The notes under the pieces: generated by a model
The model's database searches: none
Told to the model about the DNA's origin: nothing
The model's input: the letters and a program-made list of their open reading frames with translations, nothing else
Program-made: the position numbers and the translations under genes
Shown here: in pieces, positions 62,445-64,000 of the stretch
Numbering within the stretch: position 1 is the first letter of the stretch
Layout: every line of letters begins with the position of its first letter
NCBI GenBank assembly: GCA_017415515.1
Contig: JAFQGI010000038.1
Span: 945-64,944, forward strand
Reading direction: 5' to 3'
Source of the DNA: Clostridia bacterium
GTDB taxonomy: Bacteria; Bacillota; Clostridia; Oscillospirales; Acutalibacteraceae
Length of the DNA: 64,000 nt

Positions 62445-62525
62445 ACCCATACACCTCCCTACTATCAATTTCGTTGTCAATCGTATGCAACCATATATAC
62501 TCAAACGTCACCATCAAAGGCATAA

Positions 62526-62560
62526 AACCAGACCCCAAGTGCGTGCACACTTGGGGTCGG
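62526..62560 (-). terminator. Terminator after prs
   Basis: GACCCCAAGTG..CACTTGGGGTC hairpin. Confidence 0.6.
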
Positions 62561-62567
62561 AGAAAAA

Positions 62568-63713
62568 TCAACCGCGATGCTTCTCCAACAAAGCTTGAAT
62601 CTTGGAGTGGGAATCGATGAGCTGACTGATGGAAATATTGTGGTTGAGAGCGGCGATATAATACGCCACGTACTTGGAGCAATCCACCTCGTGGAACCAC
62701 TCGCGCTGCAGGAGCTCGGGGGTGCGGTAGGTCAGATTGGTGCCGAAGACGCCGTCCAGGATACCGTCCTTCACCGCCTTGTCAAACTTGTCCAAGCCGG
62801 CGGTAAAGATGGCATAGGTGGCGTAAGCAAAAATGCGGTTGGCCTTACGCTTTTTCAGTTCGTAAGCGATGTCCAGCATAGACTCGCCGGAGGCGATGAT
62901 GTCGTCGGCAATGAAGATATCCTTGCCCTCCACGGAGGTGCCCAAATACTCGTGTGCCACAATGGGGTTGCGGCCGTTGACCACACGGGAATAGTCACGG
63001 CGCTTGTAGAACATACCCATCTCGACGCCCATATTCACCGCATAGTACATATTGCGGTTGAGGGCGCCCTCATCCGGGCTGACCACCATCAGGTGGTCAC
63101 GGTCAGCCTGCAAGTCAGGGATGTGCTTAAACATCGCTTTCATCACCTGATAGGAAGGCATCATATTATCAAAACCCATCATGGGGACGGCGTTGCACAC
63201 ACGGGGATCGTGGGCGTCAAAGGTGACGATGTTGTCCACGCCCATAGCCTGCAACTCCTGCAAGGCAACGGCGCAGTCCAAACTCTCACGATAGCTGCGG
63301 CGATGCTGACGGCCGCCGTAGAGGTTAGGCATGATCACGTTGATGCGGTGCGCCTTGCCGCTGGTGGCCTGGATGATGCGGCGCAGGTCTTGGTAATGGT
63401 CGTCGGGAGACATGGCGTTTTCGAAGCCGTACATATTATACTTGCAACTGTAGTTGCCCACATCCACCAGAATGTACAGATCCGTACCGCGAATAGAGGA
63501 TTTGATCAAGCCTTTACCGTCGCCGGAGGAAAAACGAGGACAATCCACCTCAATGGAGAGATTTTCCTCCTCTTTGCCGCACTTGTGCGCCCAGCGCAGC
63601 AAGTGCTGCTCGATCTTGGCACCCAATTCCTGTGCACCGTTCATCGAGATGATCCGCAGAGGCGCCACGTTGGCCTCCAAGTTAAAGACGTTTTCACTGG
63701 TGATCTTTTCCAT
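62568..63713 (-). CDS. prs: Ribose-phosphate diphosphokinase (PRPP synthetase), long ~380-aa form
   Basis: NLYGGRQHRR, VTFDAHDP, and the PRPP-binding loop IFIADDIIASGESMLD. Confidence 0.88.
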   Translation of the reverse strand: MEKITSENVFNLEANVAPLRIISMNGAQELGAKIEQHLLRWAHKCGKEEENLSIEVDCPRFSSGDGKGLIKSSIRGTDLYILVDVGNYSCKYNMYGFENAMSPDDHYQDLRRIIQATSGKAHRINVIMPNLYGGRQHRRSYRESLDCAVALQELQAMGVDNIVTFDAHDPRVCNAVPMMGFDNMMPSYQVMKAMFKHIPDLQADRDHLMVVSPDEGALNRNMYYAVNMGVEMGMFYKRRDYSRVVNGRNPIVAHEYLGTSVEGKDIFIADDIIASGESMLDIAYELKKRKANRIFAYATYAIFTAGLDKFDKAVKDGILDGVFGTNLTYRTPELLQREWFHEVDCSKYVAYYIAALNHNISISQLIDSHSKIQALLEKHRG

Positions 63714-63942
63714 TTTCGTTGTCCCCTCTCCCGCGCATTTCTGCCTTTTTGTTAATTATATCACAACTTGTTCGCTATTTCTACCTCATAACATAAATTT
63801 TTGCGCTTTTTTGCGCCAAAAATTTTGCCATTTTTCTGCCTGTTTACTGGAAATTTGCACAAGTGTTTGGCAAATGTGGATTTTTCCTTGCTCCACAAAG
63901 AAAAATGTGATAAGATAACGAGGATACAAAGGAGGTGGGAAG

Positions 63943-64000
63943 ATGGAGCTGCACGAAATCCGGCAAGAGACACCGGAACGGGTGCTGTTGGTGTCGGTGG
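63943..64000 (+). CDS. 5' end of an ORF running off the right edge; possibly GTPase HflX
   Basis: AAAGGAGGTG RBS 5 nt before ATG. MELHEIRQETPERVLLVSV resembles HflX N-termini (..ERAILVGV). Only 19 codons are visible, and the ORF is not in the supplied track. Confidence 0.35.
   Translation, partial: MELHEIRQETPERVLLVSV

Noticed and set aside
63714-63942. Additional DnaA boxes or a riboswitch in the A/T-rich prs/hflX divergent spacer.
   Set aside because: There are only weak, isolated matches (AAATCCACA, TTATCACA) and no conserved riboswitch core that I recognise. The region probably holds just two divergent promoters.

Overview
Visibly G+C-rich chromosomal segment of a spore-forming Firmicute; the Clostridia (Oscillospiraceae/Ruminococcaceae-like) placement is an inference from gene content. 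I call 49 protein-coding genes, including two edge-truncated ORFs that the supplied track misses, plus one gene remnant. I saw no rRNA, tRNA, CRISPR array, integrase or transposase by eye.

Housekeeping genes:
- proS, two cyclophilin PPIases, glgP, prs and a DagK-type lipid kinase
- ddl plus a MurF-like ligase
- Mrp/ApbC, a CDF transporter, a split chromate transporter and two ABC exporters
- LacI and XRE regulators, sfsA, and an orphan spoVAC

Glycan-related genes:
- two esterases
- a cytoplasmic GH38 / GH94-like / GH38 cluster

Most notable observations:
1. A family of modular secreted proteins. Five carry C-terminal dockerin-like repeats with non-CAZyme payloads, and one also has a cohesin-like domain with only a single dockerin segment. 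Five share a short His+3Cys unit (HxY..C..CxxCG).
2. An approximately 735-bp low-G+C cassette inside spoVAC. It supplies a foreign replacement 3' end and leaves the native 3' end as a remnant.
3. A family of modular GC-rich multi-hairpin intergenic repeats at six or more loci. One locus is a 3-unit tandem array. Another is a 162-nt element, closed by inverted repeats, that fills the murF-like/ddl spacer exactly.
4. A MurF-like ligase whose N-terminal domain is replaced by 4-5 predicted transmembrane helices.
5. A cluster of DnaA-box-like 9-mers upstream of proS.

The many long ORFs antisense to real genes are G+C artefacts and were rejected.
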